Below, piece after piece: positions 27,001 to 40,000 of a stretch of DNA of 64,000 nucleotides. Within the stretch, counting starts at the first letter, position 1, and each line of letters starts with the position of its first letter. The notes beneath the pieces are model-generated. The model made no database searches, had not been told where the DNA came from, and saw only the letters and a program-made list of their open reading frames with translations. Location: positions 2,852,001 through 2,916,000 of the forward strand of contig JBHGNT010000018.1 in NCBI GenBank assembly GCA_043228905.1, read 5' to 3'. Both the position numbers and the translations under genes were made by a program. Source of the DNA: Azolla caroliniana. Taxonomy: Eukaryota; Plantae; Polypodiophyta.

Positions 27001-27205
27001 CAAAAGTTCTGGTTTTCTTTTAGATAATGATTATCTGTCGAATATTTGCAGATCCATTATCCCCTACTTCTATCCAATTTATCTCTTCACTTTGCTTATT
27101 TGGAGAGAAAGGAGAGATGAAGCTAGATGCATTGAAAAGTACAAGGACTTGTGGAAGCAGTATTGCAAAGTTGTACCGTGGAGAATTTTCCCTTATTTAT
27201 ATTAG
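9033..27205 (+). CDS. FK: Delta(14)-sterol reductase (C-14 sterol reductase, FACKEL/HYDRA2/ERG24 family), 13 exons
   Basis: Exons 9033-9095, 11145-11262, 16892-16962, 17362-17418, 18202-18293, 19033-19080, 20408-20531, 20610-20656, 25978-26059, 26137-26213, 26299-26418, 26898-26972 and 27052-27205, all GT-AG with compatible phases. Translation includes [99 protein letters not shown] and [27 protein letters not shown], matching plant FK as recalled. Confidence 0.95.
9349..11000 (-). pseudogene. Inverted partial copy of BEL1 exon 4 and 3' flank inside FACKEL intron 1
   Basis: Reverse complement of ~3882-5991 with a 449 bp internal deletion (~3966-4414). ORF 10503-10877 is nearly identical to the BEL1 C-terminus (...[12 protein letters not shown]...RGSFNSSR). 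Confidence 0.93.
11680..12960 (-). mobile_element. Ty1/copia 3' remnant (RT end, RNase H, PPT, 3' LTR) in FACKEL intron 2
   Basis: LTR TGTTG...CAACA at 11680-11909 with internal GTCCTAAGTGTGTTCACACA repeats; PPT (reverse complement of AATCCCCCTT) next to it; SDSDWAG...SSCEAEYRA and [14 protein letters not shown] motifs. Confidence 0.85.
12279..12743. mobile_element. Solo LTR nested in the copia RNase H domain
   Basis: TGTGAG...CCAACA flanked by 5 bp TSD CTGCC (12274-12278 and 12744-12748). Removing it restores the reading [20 protein letters not shown]. Confidence 0.88.
12961..16797 (-). mobile_element. Degenerate Ty1/copia element (5' LTR, gag, PR, IN, RT, partial RNase H) in FACKEL intron 2
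   Basis: Gag ORF 15710-16213, [11 protein letters not shown]-pre-integrase, [19 protein letters not shown]...[20 protein letters not shown] and KLKQAPRA. Degenerate tRNA-iMet PBS at ~16375-16386; LTR ~16387-16787/16797 (TGCAA...TTGCA). Many stops and frameshifts. Confidence 0.85.
18576..18868. repeat. Tandem duplication (~135-155 bp) in FACKEL intron 5
   Basis: TTTAGGATAGTA...TGATGATAGAAATTAGAACTACTGTCAATGGCAAAGTC...GGATAAGAGAGGCWGAATCTGGGTTT occurs twice, near-identical. Confidence 0.85.
21102..21270 (+). repeat. ~24 bp tandem repeat containing TTTAGGG in the copia 5' leader
   Basis: CAGAGCAGAGTTTAGGGTTTTTTG-like unit, about 5 good and 2-3 decayed copies, directly after and overlapping the PBS. 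Confidence 0.8.
21326..25493 (+). pseudogene. Copia gag-pol polyprotein pseudogene
   Basis: [14 protein letters not shown] knuckle, WILDSGAS protease, integrase ELVHSDV...[20 protein letters not shown] and RNase [13 protein letters not shown]; split by stops and frameshifts into ORFs 21339, 21933, 22259, 23254 and 23682. Confidence 0.92.
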
Positions 27206-28003
27206 TGCTTACATTGGCTATGCATGAATAAATGTAAGATTCTCAAGGATATAGGAGGTGCATTTGAACTATTGTGTTATCTTTTTGGACATCTAATTGA
27301 ATGCATCATTTTTATTCTTTATCCAATTATTATTTTTCTTACATATCCAGTTTTTGTTGAATACTCATTGCTGATACAATTTGTTTTAAAAGTTCCTACC
27401 TCGCATATGGTTCCCATAACTTGTAATTGATACAATATTGCATATGGAATTAAATGCTTGATTGTGCCAAACTTTTTCATGATCAAAGGGATGAATGGTG
27501 GTTCATCCATCATATAGATGAAACATTGAAAAAGGGAGAGATTATTTTCTCCTTTTTACCATAATTTGCCCTTGTGGTAAGTTGTTATAGTACTAGCACA
27601 CTATGTCTTGGGTTCCAAACCTAGTTTATTCAATTCTCTATTATGCCATACAACTCTTGACTACTAGAGGCCACTGGAATGTAGGGTTAAAACCCATGAC
27701 CTTTTGGTCTCCATCTTGTCTCTCTCTCTCTTGAACATGACCTTTTTCTTATAGAACATTTTTTTTTATGAGAACTCTTTAGCTCAAGTTCTATTTTAAT
27801 TTAATTTATTTTTATTTTTACTTCCAAACGATTGGGTAAATACCCTATTTTTGTTGTAAACCAATTGTCTCATGGGCCAATTTTGGTCTTAGAAGATGTT
27901 ATATGTCTTTCTTTCTTTCTCTCTCTCTTTAGTGAAAACACATAAAATATAGTCATCATTGCTTGGATAATGGAACATGTTGAATTTCCATTAAGCAATA
28001 TAA

Positions 28004-28052
<49 letters not shown>

Positions 28053-28649
28053 GAACCTGTGTTGATCATAGGGCATTATTTGTTGACCTCAAATGTATGC
28101 ATAGGTTTGATTGTGAGAAGGTCATTGAAAATAATAAGTAACTACATGTGAGCATAACCCAAGCAAGCACCAATGTATTCCAAGATGGTTGAGGATATGT
28201 TACAAATGACAAAGATACAACATATGCAATAGTAGAATGCAAATGGGAAGCTTTTAAAAAAATCATTCTCTCATGTACAAACAAATATTTTTCAACCAAC
28301 AATACATCTTAAAAATGCACCACGAAATGTAGTTCAAAGAAAAAATGGTTTGGTAAAGAATGTTGTGAAGCTTGAATGTGTCTTATGGTTTTGGATGTAG
28401 TTAAGGATAAAGAAAATCACTAAAAGCATTTGCATGAGTATAAAAGGCTTATTCAAAGAAAGAGAAAAATATGGGAGGTTACTCAAAAATTTCTCCAAAT
28501 GCAAGAGAAAGCACATGCATGTGTTAAATTTTGGGGAAATGTAAAGCAGAAACGTGTTGAGAGTTATAGTGAGTTAACTCTTCACAAATTGTCTATGCAT
28601 TTTAAGAATTTATATATAAACTATCTCTTGTTGGAAAGATGATTTGTTA

Positions 28650-29790
28650 TGGTTCTCTTTCACATATGTCTCCCTTCTTTACAATTGAAGATATATGCAA
28701 AGGACTTCAAACAATCTTCAATGTATAAAGTTGAAATGCTCAAATGGACAGGAAAGCAAGCAAATGTATGGATAAGTGATATGTTTAAACATGGTATGTC
28801 ATATGATTGGACAACAAATTGGATCAAACCTTTACATAAAGGTGGAGACGTAAATAATGTAAACAACTATCGAACCATCATGGTTGGTCGTTAATGGCAA
28901 AACTATTTGGATGTATATTGGAATCAAAAGTAAGTGCATGGGCTAACAAAATGCTAAAAGAGCTTATGAACAAGTTGGCTTTTGAAAACACCATAGCGCC
29001 ATTGATCACCTTGTCACCCTTTGAGTTGATGTGGGAAAGTTGCCTTAGAGGTAAAGGTTTATATTGTTGCTTGTAGACTTCAAGAAAGCTTTTGATATGA
29101 TACCTTGTGGGCATGTTTGGGGGCAAATGGAAGAACTTGGGGTGCCAAATGAATATATGCTCGCAATTTCCGGAATATATGAGAAGGTTATATGTTGTGT
29201 ACGTATGCAAGATAAACTTTTAGATTTTTTCAATAGCACTATTGGTGTAAAGCAAGGATGCCCACCTTCACCAACACTATTTGGTCTATGCATTGATGAA
29301 TTGTAAAAAATGGTTACCAAGTTTGTATAGGAAGAATGTGTTGAAGAAGTTGCAATGTAGAATGTTGTCATTATGCTTTTGCCATACGTGGATGATGTAG
29401 TGCTTTTTGCAAATACTTTAGGAGATGCACAAAAGCTCATGAAGGCATTGGAATTTTTTTGCATCCATGCTAAATTGTGTCCATAGTTCTAAAACAAACA
29501 AAGATTATTCTTGTGAAGAGACAAAAAATAGATAAATCATGCATTATGTACAATAATGAGCCATTTGAATGTCTGGAAATCATAGATGGAATGCATCCAT
29601 GCTAAATTGTGTCCATAGTTCTAAAACAAACAAAGATTATTCTTGTGAAGAGACAAAAAATAGATAAATCATGCATTATGTACAATAATGAGCCACTTGA
29701 ATGTCTGGAAATCATAGATGGAATGAATGTGCTACATGCCGCGTAGAGGCAGGTAAGCAAGCGCATTTGAGAACACATGTATTATCTAGG
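28650..29790 (+). mobile_element. Decayed non-LTR retrotransposon (RTE-like LINE) RT fragment
   Basis: IKPLHKGGDVNNVNNYRTIM, VDFKKAFD, IGVKQGCPPSPTLFGLCID and YVDDV motifs; contains a ~131 bp tandem duplication at ~29460-29722. Confidence 0.85.
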
Positions 29791-31820
29791 ACCTTGCTTG
29801 TATTATCATCCATTGATCATTCCACAATTGCTCCACATTCAAAGGTGCCATAATTATTGCCACATTATGTTGAGCAAATTGTCTTCATTTTAAATGGAAC
29901 CATTTAATTCTATGTTACTACAGTGATTACTAATCAATATTAGAAGCTAATACATAAGGTATAACCTTGGTATTGATATTTCCTCTCTTATTCACAACAT
30001 TTCTACAACTAATAGATTATTGATAAAAAATTAATGCATGGTTTAGGGGATTTATGAATGGTGCATTGTTGTCAAGTATGGTACATCTAGTGTATTAATA
30101 ATAAGTACTTCCCGAGCTAAAGTTACTTCAACTATGTTTTTTGTATTTGTTAAACACTTCGGTCTATTTACTAAAGCAAAATTGGTGCGTAAATAATTGC
30201 AATACAATTGAATCAACAATGCAAATAATAGGTCACATTATACTCGTCAAAGTCCATTTAAGATATTTGTGCTTCATTTCAACATTGGTATTTAAGACTT
30301 GTGATCAATTTTTTGGAAAAAAAGAAAAGAAAAAACAGAAATATAATTTTTTTACAAAAAACTGAAGATCCTCTAATCTCTACAATAATGCCATCAAGTA
30401 GCTTCACTTTGGCTCTATAATATAAGTCAGTTTGTAACCAACACATGTAGGAATTAAAGAGCAAAACATTAGCTCCATAACATTTGTCACTAATACAAAC
30501 CTTTGAAAGTAAGGCAATGCATCAAACTCTTCAACTCTAACATCGATCAAGAATGCAACAAGTTGTCAACTAGAAATTTTACATGTTTGACTTCAACTTT
30601 AAGTTCAATCTTTAACTCCTACTTCTCAAAGCTTGAAACCTATAGGCTATAGCTATAATGTGGAAATCAAACACAATTGTAAGGACATAAAGAAAGAAAG
30701 AAATATTTGTTTTAAGACGATTTTGTAATAATTTTGAAGTTTACGTATACACATTGGGTCCTTTTTTAATGCATATGATATTAATGTTTGTAGTTTTCTT
30801 TGTGGTGATTATGTACTACAAGTATATTTTTGTTGTAATGTGCTAAGTGCGATATTATATAGGAAAAAATGTATAGCACCTAAACATTACATACGTATAC
30901 GTAAACAACCTTCAATGATGATGTTGAGACACATATAAATGATGGTTCAATTGCACAATAGACAATTGTTTTTAAGGAGATCATGTAACTTGTCTTGTTT
31001 ATAAGATTCTTTAAATGTAGAATTTCTCTCTCTCTCTCTCTCTCTCTCTCATAGACTTAACTTGTTGGGATACTTACTATGAAATGACAAGACGCACCCA
31101 ACAACATGTTCTTGCCCAATGCCATTTAACACTAGAAAACTACCTAGAGCAAACCATATTTGCACATTGTGCCCTAATGAGGAGATCAAGGATGTGGAGG
31201 AGTCAAAGTCATTCAACAATGCTTTACATGGTCAATTAAGGGTACAAGTTTTGCACACCATACACACCAACGTACGAACAAAAGAGGTTCTCTTATCATG
31301 CTATTTTGGCTCCCACAAGTCATGTTTCTAGCGTTTACGCCATCTCTTTGGCTCTCTCACATTAAATTTCTAGTTCTAGTTTGACTCTTATAAAAAACGA
31401 AATCTAGTGTGAGGACATTTGTATTGAGATGTGATAGAAACTAAATCTCAACGTTTTGGGTCATTGTGTGGTTAACAATGCAAATCAAGGCATGAAGACC
31501 ACTTTAAGGAAATGGGAATTTTTCCAAAAGAGAATATACTCCATTAGTTAAAATATACATGAACACGATCCCTTTCTCAGGTAGGCCGTGCCAAGATTAT
31601 CCTAGCCTACATACGAGATCTCACTTATTTATCTTACACTTTTACATATGACTCAAGCCATCCTTTCAGATACATCACCTACCTTCACTATCCCACTTGC
31701 CATGTCTTTCACGCCCCTCGTTCAACTAATGGGAGGGGGAAACAACCATCTGGGTACATCATACTTCCATAGTATATCCATTCCATTTGCTGCGGCCATC
31801 GGTGTCGTACACCATCTTTT

Positions 31821-34800
31821 TCAAAAATTCAGCCTCATTAGGTCTGCAACATCATTAGTACCATTAATCCGCTCATATTGAGCTCTTAGTGTAGTTATGA
31901 GTGTGTGCCAAATTAGCTTAATCGATTCAGCTGGAGGGCGTTTGTGTGCGGAAAATACCCTGGTACACCTTGCTGTCCATATATGCCATATAGTAATGGG
32001 GGCAAGCAACATCCAAAGATCTTCAAGTTTTTGATTCTGTGCACAAGTTGTAGGTACCCCGTTGTCAGTGATAAGCCGAACAATGCCATTCTCCCCTCTG
32101 TACTTAGCATTGCATGTGCTATCGTATGTCGCCACATCAACGTCAAGACACATCCAACAAGCATGTCCCTAGTTGAGGGTGAACGAACTAGAGGCATGGC
32201 AAAGCAAACGAAGTGCCCTTCCCCATACAGCCATTGCATCGCGACATTCCCATAGACAATGGGAGATGCTTTCTATCTGTCCACATGCAGTACATCTAGG
32301 GTCTACATTGGGGCCTTTACCCCACGTCCCTACCGGCAAGGCTCTATGTGCAATAAGCCATAAACACATCATTATCTTGCGGTCATATTTGTCATGCCAT
32401 ATCATTTTCCAGAATTTATCTAGTCTCCTTTCACTTATGCCCTCCTGCATCCAAAATTTCCTTGCCGCAACCTTGTCGTGTTTTTGTTCTAGAAGAATTT
32501 GCCTCCCAATCTTCGTGTTATACCTGAAAAATTGAACCAGCTTTTCCCCATCAGTTTGTCCTTGAGTTCTCCAAAAATACCTGGCTGGGTCCCATGATAA
32601 CTGCTCCAAATGCCCTTCTATAGGCCAACACACTGTCGCCGGTGTGATTTCCCTTGGCTTAGGGTCAATACTCATATTCTTGCCAGTTTTTACGATCAGC
32701 CTAATCGGCTTTTCTCTTTGAAAGACTGGTTGCTCACCTCTTGCCCTTCCGTGCTCTAGTTTGTAGTAGCATACCTCGTTCGATTCTACTTTCATTCCCT
32801 TAATGCCAATTAAACAGTTTTCAGCATCTATAAGACCTGTCCACGCAATTTCAGAGGTTGTTACTTCTTCCTCTTCCAAGGTATTCTTGTAGCATGCAAT
32901 GGCATGTGTAATTCTCTTGAGCATGCCTTTACCCCTGCTTATTCTCCATATTCTAGCCTTTTGAGTGCCCACCTCATTGGACAAAAACCTCTCCCACTCC
33001 ACTAATGCATTCCCTTGGGCATTGATTAACTCAGCCCATTTGAAACCTGTTTTTTGGCCTATCATCAGCCCATCCACATCTCTAATCAATGGGTTCCACA
33101 CAATTGGCATGTATATCCGCGCATATGCATCATTTCTCCACCTACATATGATCCCCTTTCTGATTTCTTGCCATGCTTTCATAATTCCGATAGCACAAAG
33201 ACTCTGCATACTCCCCCCATATTTGGGCCTCATTTCTGGCACAAAGCCCCAAAATGGGCTGCTAGGCCAACATCCACCTTGTCTTGGCAGCCACATCTTC
33301 GATCTACGCCGCCATAGAACTTTCCAAGGTGCCTCAGGAGGTTGTAGGCTCCGGACCACTAGTTTGCCTAGCAAGGCCTTCGTTTGCATCACGGGATCTA
33401 TCAATCCCACCCCCCCTTCACTTTTCCTTTTTATAAGTGTGGTCCAAGCAATCTTTGCAACAACTTGTTTTTCCTCTATGCCCCCCCATAAGAAATTTCT
33501 AATGATCTTTTTTAACAATTTCATCGACTTGGGCACGATTATCCAGCATGCAACAGTGTGCCATATAGTGGCCATTAGAATCTGATTTGCAATCACAATC
33601 TTTCCCGCAAAGGATAGTTTTCTTGCATTCCACCATATTAGCTTCATTTTTATTTTATCCACTAGGAGATTGTAGTGTTCTGCCCGATCAATGTCCATAC
33701 CAATTTTGAAGCCCAAGTATCTAGCAGCTTCTCCTTTCCTCAACCATCTAAAATTGGGGTCGGGGACCCAGTTTAACATGGGTTTATTACTGATCCAAAT
33801 GCCCATAGATTTATTCCAATTTATTTTAGCATCGGATCCCCTACAAAACTCATCAATTGCATTTTGCAATCTGCCCAAGTTGTGTGCATCACCTTTGACA
33901 TAGGTCATTGTGTCATCAACATATGTCGTATCAAGCACCATAACTTCAACATCGGGTAAGGTAAGGCCTTGTATTTGCCAAGATCTATCAGCCATTTGAT
34001 AATGCAAAGCTTCTGCTGCAATTATGTATAAATACGGGGCTAATGGGCATCCTTGGCGTACCGAACGTAGCATCTTAAAGCTCTTCCCCATACTTCCAGC
34101 CATTAACACTTGGCTGGATGCACCTCTGTAGAAGGCACCCATTCCACAGATCCATTGTTGTTCAAAACCTAGGGCTGCCATCACTGCTTCTAGGAAATCC
34201 CATGAAATCCTGTCATATGCTTTTTCGAAGTCAAGTAGCATTATTGCTAGGTCCACTTCTTGCTCCTCAGCCCATGCTGAGTATTCCCAGAATGTTATCA
34301 CATTGTCCACAATACTCCGGTTTTCCAAGAAACCAGTTTGCGTAGTATGTATAATGTCCCCAAGTACCATTTTCAATCTCTTACTTACGACTTTGGCCAT
34401 TATCTTATATGCATTGGTGAGGATCGTCAGTGGTCGCCAATTATCAAGCGTTGCTAGGTCTTTACCAACCTTGGGTATTAAATAAATCATGCCTCTACAC
34501 ATCGTTGTGGGCATTAGTCCTTCTACCATAATGTGTTGCATCCCTGCCAGCATGTCATCCTTAATTAGATCCCAATACTGGATGTAAAAGTATAGAGGAA
34601 GTCCATCAATTCATGCATAGCTTTGTTTGTTCATATCCCCAATAGCAACCCAAAATTCATGCATACCTATAGGGGTATTTAGTTGGTCCATCATTTGAGC
34701 CGTAACTTTCCTTGGTATCCTCTTTATTATATTTCTAAAGGCAACCTGATGAATCAGATCCTTATTGCATACATTTAGTAGTTGAGTATAATAGCTTGTG

Positions 34801-36071
34801 GCTATTTCAAGCATTTCCTCTTTGCACGAGGTCATTGTGCCATCTGTCTTTTTTAAGCATGAAGGTTGAAACCCAGATCCTTTGCATTTAACACCTTTAA
34901 AAAAACCTTTAGTAACCCGATCTCCTACCCTCATCCAGCTTGCTGCCCTACTTCGATAGGCATAGGTACTCCTAAGTTTTTGGTACCTCTCTAATTTGCT
35001 TTTGGCCTCCTCAAGTTGCGCCTCAATCCATACATTATGTGGGTATAATTCTCTTAGTCGTTACATAGAAGCAAGTGACCATTGCATTCTCTGCATTTTC
35101 TCTCTTATCTCTTTTCTAATTTCAATCGCTTTTTGTTGAAAAAACCCTGCACATGCCTCAAGTTTCCCAGCCAGCCTATGAGCAGGGTCAAGATACCTCC
35201 ATCTGATATCATACCATATTTTCCGTATATCATCGTTCCATTTAGTATCCTTAACCAATTCCTTACACACCTTCACATTATGTGGCTTGCAACGATTGTT
35301 TTCTTGTATGTGTAACAGAACTGGGGCATGATCAGAGAACATTGTACCCGGGCAAATAATGCATCTACCTTTCCTATCCATGAGTCGAGGGTCCAAATAC
35401 CATCTGTCCAGCCTAGACATCGTCCTCCCGTGCACACTTCCTCCTACTCTAGAGTAGCGAAGAGATTTTTCTTTTTGCATTTGAAAGTTAGGGGCATTCC
35501 AACAATCTATCACATTATATGCTAAACAAAACTTATCCCATGCAGTCTTCTCTGCCCCCTGTACCGTTCCATTTGCATTGCCTCTTCTATCTTCTGGATG
35601 CTCCACCATATTAAAGTCTCCTCCAATGATCCACAACTTAGCATCTGGTTTCTTGGCCACTAGTTGCAACCAGAATTCTTGTCTTTCAACAGCTGAATTT
35701 GGGGCATAAATATTCAGTATGGCCAAGTGCCCACAACTGTGTTTTATCCTTATGTAGACAACACGACCCTCTATTAAACTACCCCTGCCTGTACAGTCAG
35801 CAGTAAACTTAGCTTTCATAGCTATAAGTACTCCCCCCTGAATCTGCCTATCTCCCGTAGCTGCTGACCATGTATTGGTCCAGTTTCCGGGGCAAATGCT
35901 TCCTATTTTATCGATCTTGTCCCCATCTAGATGGTGCTCCTGCACCAAGATAATATCAAGCAACACTGCCTCAGTGCATCGCTGAATTTCAACAGCCAAC
36001 ACATTCTTTTTCATCTGGAATTGGGTGCCACCAATTCCTTGTATATTCCAAGTTAGCAAACTGAGATTCAT
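31821..36071 (-). pseudogene. LINE ORF2 (endonuclease - reverse transcriptase - zf-RVT) with in-frame stops
   Basis: LLTWNIQG, ILVQEHH, LNIYAPN, IIGGDFN, SRLDRWY, SDHAPV; NWRPLTIL, LDFEKAYDRI, VRQGCPLAPYLY, YVDD; CTACGQIESISHCLWEC. ORFs 35061-36071, 34611-34934, 32169-34553 and 31821-32153 share one frame. Confidence 0.92.
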
Positions 36072-36466
36072 ATAAGCTGCACCTTCTGAGGCCCAACCAA
36101 TGCATTTTCCGCTTCCAATATGGTAGCTAATATCCGATCTTGGAGATTTTCCTCTTCCAACTGTGTCAGCATTTCAGGGACGTATACCATGAACTCCGTT
36201 ATCAGATTAGGAAGCTTCCTAAATTTCACATTTATGAAGCATATGCCTTGTTCATTCGCCTTGCCCGAACTCCAAATCAAGGCATCTTTCCATTGTCTTT
36301 TCATTTTCATCCCTATTGCGGTACCATATGATGCGTCTACATATACATCCATTTGTTGTTCCAAACACCCGAGGGCTTCTTCTCTACTATGTGGCTCCTT
36401 AGTTCCCAAGGCCAAAATATAGGACAGACCAGCAACCCCTCCATCACTACATTTGCCATATATATT

Positions 36467-37053
36467 TGTCGGGAATCAACGCTTCGATTCACCTCCACCG
36501 CTCGGCCACAACCGAGTAATCGCGGATCAATGCAGCAGAAAATAGGAAATACAGAGAAAGACGCGATACACAGGGATTAACGTGGAAAACCCTATACGGG
36601 AAAAACCACGGGAGTCCTCAACCTCCAACTATCACTATGAACAGGGATGTACACTGGTGAAGCTACAAGGCAACAACCTTGAGCTCACTGTCTTCGCCAC
36701 AGGCGGCGGCAATACACAGAGGCAACGACCTCTTCGTCTCTCTCTCTCGGCTGCTCTCACTTCGCATGAAAATTAAGCAACAACATAAACTATTTGCCCT
36801 AAGTCATATTTATACACATATGACTTTCGGGCTATTTACAAATATAGCCTCAAGGGCTCTTGGCAAACATATTCACAAATATGTCCCCGCATCCGGATCT
36901 CCCTCCGGGTACATTCGTCATCCGGCTCCGTAGCCGGGGTCTTCATCATCCGGCTCCGTAGCCGGGGTATTCATCATCCGGCTCCGTAACCGCAACCGGG
37001 CTTGCCGTCATTCATCTCCGGACATCCCATCCGGAGGGACCGAAATCCCAACA
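36467..37053 (-). repeat. 3' LTR of the intact copia
   Basis: TG...CA termini; matches 41167-41753 at an exact 4700 bp offset. Confidence 0.95.
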
Positions 37054-37063
37054 AACTCCCCCT

Positions 37064-40000
37064 TCACTTCGGCATGGGATGTCTCTGCAATCCGACCCTC
37101 TTCCGACACGCTTCCAGTTTGTCGGGTGTGAGCACTTTGGTCAGCATATCTGACCCGTTCTCTTCCGTGTGGATCTTCGTCAGCATGAACTCCTGGTCTT
37201 CTATCCTTTCCCGGATCCAGTGATATCTTCGCTGGATGTGCTTCGTCCGGGAGTGATAGGCCGCGTTCTTCGCAAGGTGGATGGCACTCTGACTGTCGCA
37301 GTAGAGTTGGTACTTCTGTTGTCGGATACCGAGCTCTCTAATGAAGTCCTTCATCCATATTATTTCCTTGCCGGCTTCAACAGCCGCCATGTACTCCGCC
37401 TCCGTGGTTGACAACGCAACCGTCTTCTGCAGCCTCGACTGCCACGAAACAGCTCCCCCTGCATACGTCATCACATACCCTGATGTGGACCGGCTGGTAT
37501 CTGCATCGGCCGACATATCCGAATCAGTAAAGCCGTCGAGTTCGGGCTTACCGGAGCCGAATCGGAGGCACACGTTTGCCGTGCCCTTCAGGTATCGGAG
37601 TATCCACTTGACCGCGTTCCAGTGCTCTTTGCCGGGATTGCTCATGTACCGACTCACCGCTCCGACTGCGTATCCTATGTCCGGTCTTGTACACACCATT
37701 GCGTACATCAAGCTTCCGACGGCAGAGGCATATGGAACTTTCATCATGTCCTCCTTCTCAGCCTTTGTCTTGGGGCTCTGCTTGCTGGACAACTTGCAGT
37801 TTGCCGGGAGGGTTGACCCGACCGGTCTTGCTTCCGACATGTTGAACCGGTGAAGCACCTTTGTCACGTACTTCTCCTGTGACAGCCACAACTGCTTCTT
37901 CTTCCGGTCCCGGATGATGTGCATCCCTAGTATTTGCCTCGCCGGACCCAGGTCCTTCATTGAGAAGGTTCGGTGAAGAGCCTTCTTCAGCATCCGTATC
38001 TTGACCTGGTCCAGTCCGACGATCAACATGTCGTCCACGTACAGGAGGAGTATTAGAGAGTCTCCTCCTTCGAACTTCTTCACAAACACGCAGTGATCAG
38101 ACTGCGTTTTGTGGTACCCTTCGTCGGTCATGAAGGAGTCGAACTTGCGGTACCATTGCCGGGGAGCCTGCTTCAGTCCGTAAAGGCTCTTCTTCAACCG
38201 GCATACCAGGTGCTCCTTCCCTTTCTTCTCGAATCCTTCCGGTTGCTGCATGTAGATCTCTTCTCCGAGGTCACCGTGAAGGAATGCCGTCTTCACGTCC
38301 ATCTGTTCTACCTCGAGGTCCATGCTTGCCGCTATGCTCAGCACCGTCCGGATGGAGGTCATCTTCACTACCGGGGCAAATATCTCGTCGAAGTCGACGC
38401 CCTTCTTCTGCTGAAACCCCTTCACCACGATCCTGGCTTTGTATCTCGGGGGGTTTTCGGCATCTCCCGGTTTCAGCTTGAACACCCACTTGTTTCGAAG
38501 TGCCCGCTTTCCTTTCGGCAACTCCACAAGTTCATATGTGTGGTTCTCATGCAGGGAATCCATCTCGTCCTGCATGGCACTCAACCACCTGCGGCTCTGG
38601 GTGTCATGCTTTGCTTCTTCAAAGCTCTCCGGCTCCCCTTCGTCGGTTAGCAGCACGTGCTCTGGTTCCGGAAATCTCCGGGGGGCCCTTCTCTCTCTTA
38701 GAGGATATCTCCGTTCCGGAGCTTCGGTAACCGGTTCTTCCGATTCTTCTTCATCCGAATCCATTTCGGGATCGGGGCCGGTTCCGGTATCATTTTCATC
38801 TTCTTCGGCCGGTTCTGTTTCTTCACCGTCTTCGGCCGGATCCTCGAGTGCTAACCGGTCTCTTGCCGGTCGGGACTGCTCCTCGTAGAGTTGATCCTCA
38901 CCGGTCGACTCGGAGCTCTTCATCTTCTTCTCCGACTCCCAGTCGGCGAGTGTCTTGTTCTCCATGAAGATGATATCTCGACTCCTGAATATCTTCTTGT
39001 CGACCGGGTCCCATACTCGGTAGCCGAACTCGTCGTCGCCATAACCGAGGAATATGCATGGCCGGGTCTTTGGATCTAGCTTTCCTCTCCGGTCCTTTGC
39101 CACATGCACGTATGCGAGACACCCGAACACCTTCAGATGCCGGTAGGACACTTCCTTACCGGTCCACACTCTCTGCGGCGTGTCTCCGTCCAAAGGTACT
39201 GAGGGTGATCTATTTATCACGTATGTCGCCGTCGACATCGCCTCAGCCCAAAACCCCTTGGGCAATTTCGCATGCGCTAGCATACTCCGGACCCTCTCCA
39301 TTATGGTCCGGTTCATCCTCTCGGCCAGCCCGTTCAGTTCCGGCGTCTTCGGCACAGTAAACTCGAGCCGGATTCCCTTCGAGCGACAGTACTCCTGGAA
39401 CTGCCCCCGGTATTCCCCTCCGTTATCCGCTCGAATCGCTTTCAGCTTCTTGCCGGATTCTCTTTCCACTCTCGCGTGGAGTTCTTTGAAGACGGACAAC
39501 ACTTGGTCCTTTGTCTTCATCGGTGCCGTCCACAGTCTTCGGCTATAATCATCTATGAATGTTACGAAGTACTGGGCTCCGCCATGTGACTTCGTTTCTA
39601 CCTGACACACATCGGTGTGCACCAACTCCAATGGTGCGCTACGTCTCGTCGGTGGCCTTGAGTGGAAGGAGGTACGGTTCTGCTTACCGGCCAGGCAGTC
39701 GGTGCACTTTTCCAGGTGCACATGCTTCACTGGGATAAGGTTGTCTTCTGCAAGCCTCTTCATCCCCTTCTCACTCATGTGGCACAGTCTTTTGTGCCAC
39801 AGCTCACCGGCAGTGTCGTCTGCCACATTCAGCTCTTCCGGACATAGCTGGGAGTTCATCAGGTACAGTGTGTTGACCTTCCGGGCCCGAGCCACTATCA
39901 GGCTCCCCTTGCTGAACTTCATGACACCGTTCCGGATGCTACCCGTGTAGCCTTCATCATCTAGCCTCCCGGCCGAGATCAGGTTCAATCGGACCTTCGG

